From: a virus
Lineage: Duplodnaviria > Heunggongvirae > Uroviricota > Caudoviricetes
Length of the DNA: 64,000 bases
IMG/VR virus record: IMGVR_UViG_3300048496_000015
Strand: one strand, 5' to 3'
Under the pieces are notes generated by a model that was not told the origin of the DNA, searched no databases, and was given only the letters and a program-made list of their open reading frames with translations. Made by a program: the position numbers and the translations under genes. Shown here piece after piece: positions 61,864-64,000 of this stretch; position 1 is the first letter of the stretch; every line of letters starts with the position of its first letter.

Positions 61864-63006
61864 CCTTATCGGTCCGGATTCCCGACCCGGCCTTCATTGC
61901 GGGGTGGCGAAGTGCCCCACTCTTGAATTGGCCGAAGTGAGAGATCGTGATGACCTTACCCTTGTACTGCTCGAAGCTCGAGGCGAACTCCTGACTCCAA
62001 GCGCTGGACATCGAGCCCACGCGGACCAGCGATTTTAGAGTGCCCCCAACGTACTGACCGCAGACGAGGCTCTCAACCATCGGGACGCTTGATTTCGTCT
62101 CCGCCGTGGAGAGATTGATGTCCATGATCACCATGTCAGCCTCAAAGGACTTCTTGGCCTTCCGCCAGTGTGGTACCTTGAGTCCTTTGCCCTGATACGC
62201 GGTGTCTGAACCCTTCGCCTTCTTCAGTACAAGACCCTCGTGTTCGAGGCTAAGCTGCTTGGCAAAGCCCTTGGTGAAACGAGGAGCGAGCAGGAAGTAT
62301 TCCTTGAGCTTCCCACTGAGCGAGGCGTGGAACTTCTCGAGTATCGCGCGCCGATCTGTCTCATCGAGACCGAGCTGAGACTTGTAATCCTGATACAGGA
62401 TTCCGTACACGTCCATGAAGTCGTGGCCAATCTTGGCCCGTCGCTCCAAAGCGTGTTCGGACCCAAACCCCAACTCCCCGATTAAAAGGGTCCCGGCGGG
62501 GAGCCCCATGTTGTCCAGGCCGTAGGGTTTCTCATTCCGGTTGCGGGACCAGAAGCGGTTTTTGCCTCCGTCCGAAAACGCGGCAATCCAGATGCCGTCA
62601 TATTTGGGTTCGGCAACGTACTTGCCGCCTTTCTCAACCACCTCGAGCTCGGCCGCAATGGCCTCTGTGTCACCAGGGATTGCGTCCCCGCAACCCTGAT
62701 AGAACATCTGGGCCTGGAAGTTGTTCGACACGAACGTTGAGGGATCCACCTCATTTGGGAGCCCAGTGGCAACCTTCACGGATTTTGCTGTGGCGAGCTT
62801 GGGGGCGGGAGCCGCAGGAGCAGCCGGAGCGGGATTGCCGCTGGAAGCTCCATATTGCTTGAGATGGGTGCAAGTCTTGGGAATGAGCCTGCTCATCTTC
62901 CATCCTCTGCAATCGCAGTAAATCATTCCATCCCCGCCCCTCATGACCTTGTATTCCTTGCCGGGGCTGGACTTGGACGGATAGGTCTCAAGTACTTCGG
63001 CCATCA
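61826..63006 (-). CDS. ATP-dependent DNA ligase with N-terminal SWIM zinc finger
   Basis: SWIM YCDCRGWKM...CTHLKQY; motif I EPKYDGIWIAAF; motif IV EGLVLKK; motif V LKVPHWRKAKK; start trimmed to MAEVLETYP. Confidence 0.75.
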
Positions 63007-63324
63007 GATTTCCTCCAGGTAAAAAGATTTTTCGGGTCCGCTGACTACTCGAGCATTTCTCACCGCGAGCAGCTTCCAAGTCTTCATGTCGCGAGTGGCA
63101 GCAATCGGCATTGATTCCGACACTCTGAATCCAAGGCCCTTGACTACGAGTGTCATACATTCGTTGCAGCTAGACGCGTGGTAAAGCGCGTTGTCGATCC
63201 TTGGTATTCGACAGACCATTCCCGCATATCCAAGGTCCTCCGCCGCTGCGTGCTTTGGACACGGCGGAAGAGCCCGCAGATCGAGAATCTGAGGCGGCTG
63301 CTTAGCCCGAGAATCTTGGTTCAT
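63004..63324 (-). CDS. hypothetical Cys-containing protein
   Basis: 106-aa track ORF. Confidence 0.45.
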   Translation of the reverse strand: MNQDSRAKQPPQILDLRALPPCPKHAAAEDLGYAGMVCRIPRIDNALYHASSCNECMTLVVKGLGFRVSESMPIAATRDMKTWKLLAVRNARVVSGPEKSFYLEEI

Positions 63325-63557
63325 TCGTATTCCTTCAAGGCGTCCGGGACCTTCATCCCGTGCAGCTCCATCAAAGAGACAGCTATATTCAGCATCTTCT
63401 TATACGACTCAACGATTGATTTGAGATGCTTGACCTGCGATTCCAGCGCCTCAATGGTTTCATCACCGGCTTCGTTGATCTTTTCGGTGATATGGAGGAT
63501 CTCCTCGGTGGAGCACTGTTTGCATGTGCAATCGTCGTTATGAAGAGGGATTCCCAT
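63321..63557 (-). CDS. hypothetical protein
   Basis: 78-aa track ORF. Confidence 0.45.
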   Translation of the reverse strand: MGIPLHNDDCTCKQCSTEEILHITEKINEAGDETIEALESQVKHLKSIVESYKKMLNIAVSLMELHGMKVPDALKEYE

Positions 63558-63858
63558 CTTCGCCCTCCAAAAACGTCTTAACCATTACCTCCACAGTGTC
63601 CTGGGCGAGGGTAGCGGCGTATTCAGCTTCAGTCACTCGGGCCTGAAGGTTGTGGAGATGAGGGAGATTGGTCTGAAACTCGATGTCCACACGTCCCTTG
63701 GCGGCTTCCTCAATCGCCTGAAGACGAGTCTCTTCCTGGATGACCTCCGCTTTGACTTGGGAGAAGAACTTGTGCTCAGCACGGTTCTTACTCATCACAA
63801 GCTCGGCGATAAGCTGTTTGCATTCTGCAACGCGGGCGGGCGTCAGGTCGGTCTTCAT
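63538..63858 (-). CDS. hypothetical protein
   Basis: 106 aa; GGAGG SD; ATGA overlap with the upstream gene. Confidence 0.5.
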   Translation of the reverse strand: MKTDLTPARVAECKQLIAELVMSKNRAEHKFFSQVKAEVIQEETRLQAIEEAAKGRVDIEFQTNLPHLHNLQARVTEAEYAATLAQDTVEVMVKTFLEGEDGNPSS

Positions 63859-64000
63859 ACGGTAACCTCCATTTTCTCTTCAAGTTTCTTCCAAGGTCTC
63901 CTGCAAGACTGGTGGGCGAGTTCCCGGAAGAGCTCGGAATCCTTCCAAGTGTCATCAAGCACTTTGAACGCCCAGTGGAGCTTATGCCCAGATGGGGCTA
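63855..64000 (-). CDS. C-terminal end of a gene entering from beyond the window
   Basis: frame open from 64000 to TGA at 63855 (...LEEKMEVTV*), overlapping the next ATG. Confidence 0.4.
   Translation of the reverse strand, partial: APSGHKLHWAFKVLDDTWKDSELFRELAHQSCRRPWKKLEEKMEVTV

Overview
This window reads as an accessory ('hyperplastic') region of a large virulent bacteriophage; I found no plasmid, host-chromosome or CRISPR content.

- **Overall organisation.** More than 150 tightly packed genes all run on the minus strand across the full 64 kb, and most are under 150 aa.
 - Many genes are translationally coupled by ATGA or TAATG stop/start overlaps.
 - Shine-Dalgarno motifs (AAGGAGG, GGAGG) precede several starts.
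 - Most long plus-strand ORFs in the six-frame track are antisense shadows of GC-rich minus-strand genes.
 - No capsid, tail or terminase gene is recognisable in the window.
- **Recognisable genes.**
 - One tRNA with a CAT anticodon and an encoded CCA end (45624-45700).
 - RNA/tRNA maintenance: CCA-adding enzyme with HD domain, Rnl2-like RNA ligase, SpoU/TrmH-type methyltransferase, Pol-beta-type nucleotidyltransferase, P-loop kinase.
 - DNA end repair: a Pol X (Pol-beta-like) polymerase and an ATP-dependent DNA ligase, both carrying SWIM zinc fingers, plus a minimal ligase-type nucleotidyltransferase.
 - Host takeover: a RelA/SpoT-type (p)ppGpp hydrolase next to a TraR/DksA zinc-finger protein, two ClpS adaptor paralogues, and a WGR-domain protein.
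 - Membrane and ATPase genes: an SPFH/prohibitin protein with a membrane partner, and a MoxR-type AAA+ ATPase with a vWA/HExxH partner.
 - One unusual fusion of a CoaB-like (phosphopantothenoylcysteine synthetase fold) domain with a class II aldolase-like domain.
- **Most unusual features.** These are several lineage-specific multigene families:
 - at least 12 small proteins sharing an N-terminal M-N-F-K-I-[VIL]-A-P motif;
 - at least 11 small proteins sharing a C-terminal [AS]DPxFFxK[LA] motif;
 - four Cys-rich zinc-finger proteins with a shared 'A-[DE]-Y-x-K-K-x-W' core, three of them in tandem.
- **Other points of note.**
 - One paralogue carries an in-frame TAG at a position where its sister gene has Gln, with homology continuing about 65 codons past it.
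 - A truncated duplicate of the MoxR N-terminus lies about 26 kb away from the full gene.
 - There is one strong GC hairpin terminator and a few structured intergenic palindromes.

Every functional call is from motif recognition by eye. No database search was possible.
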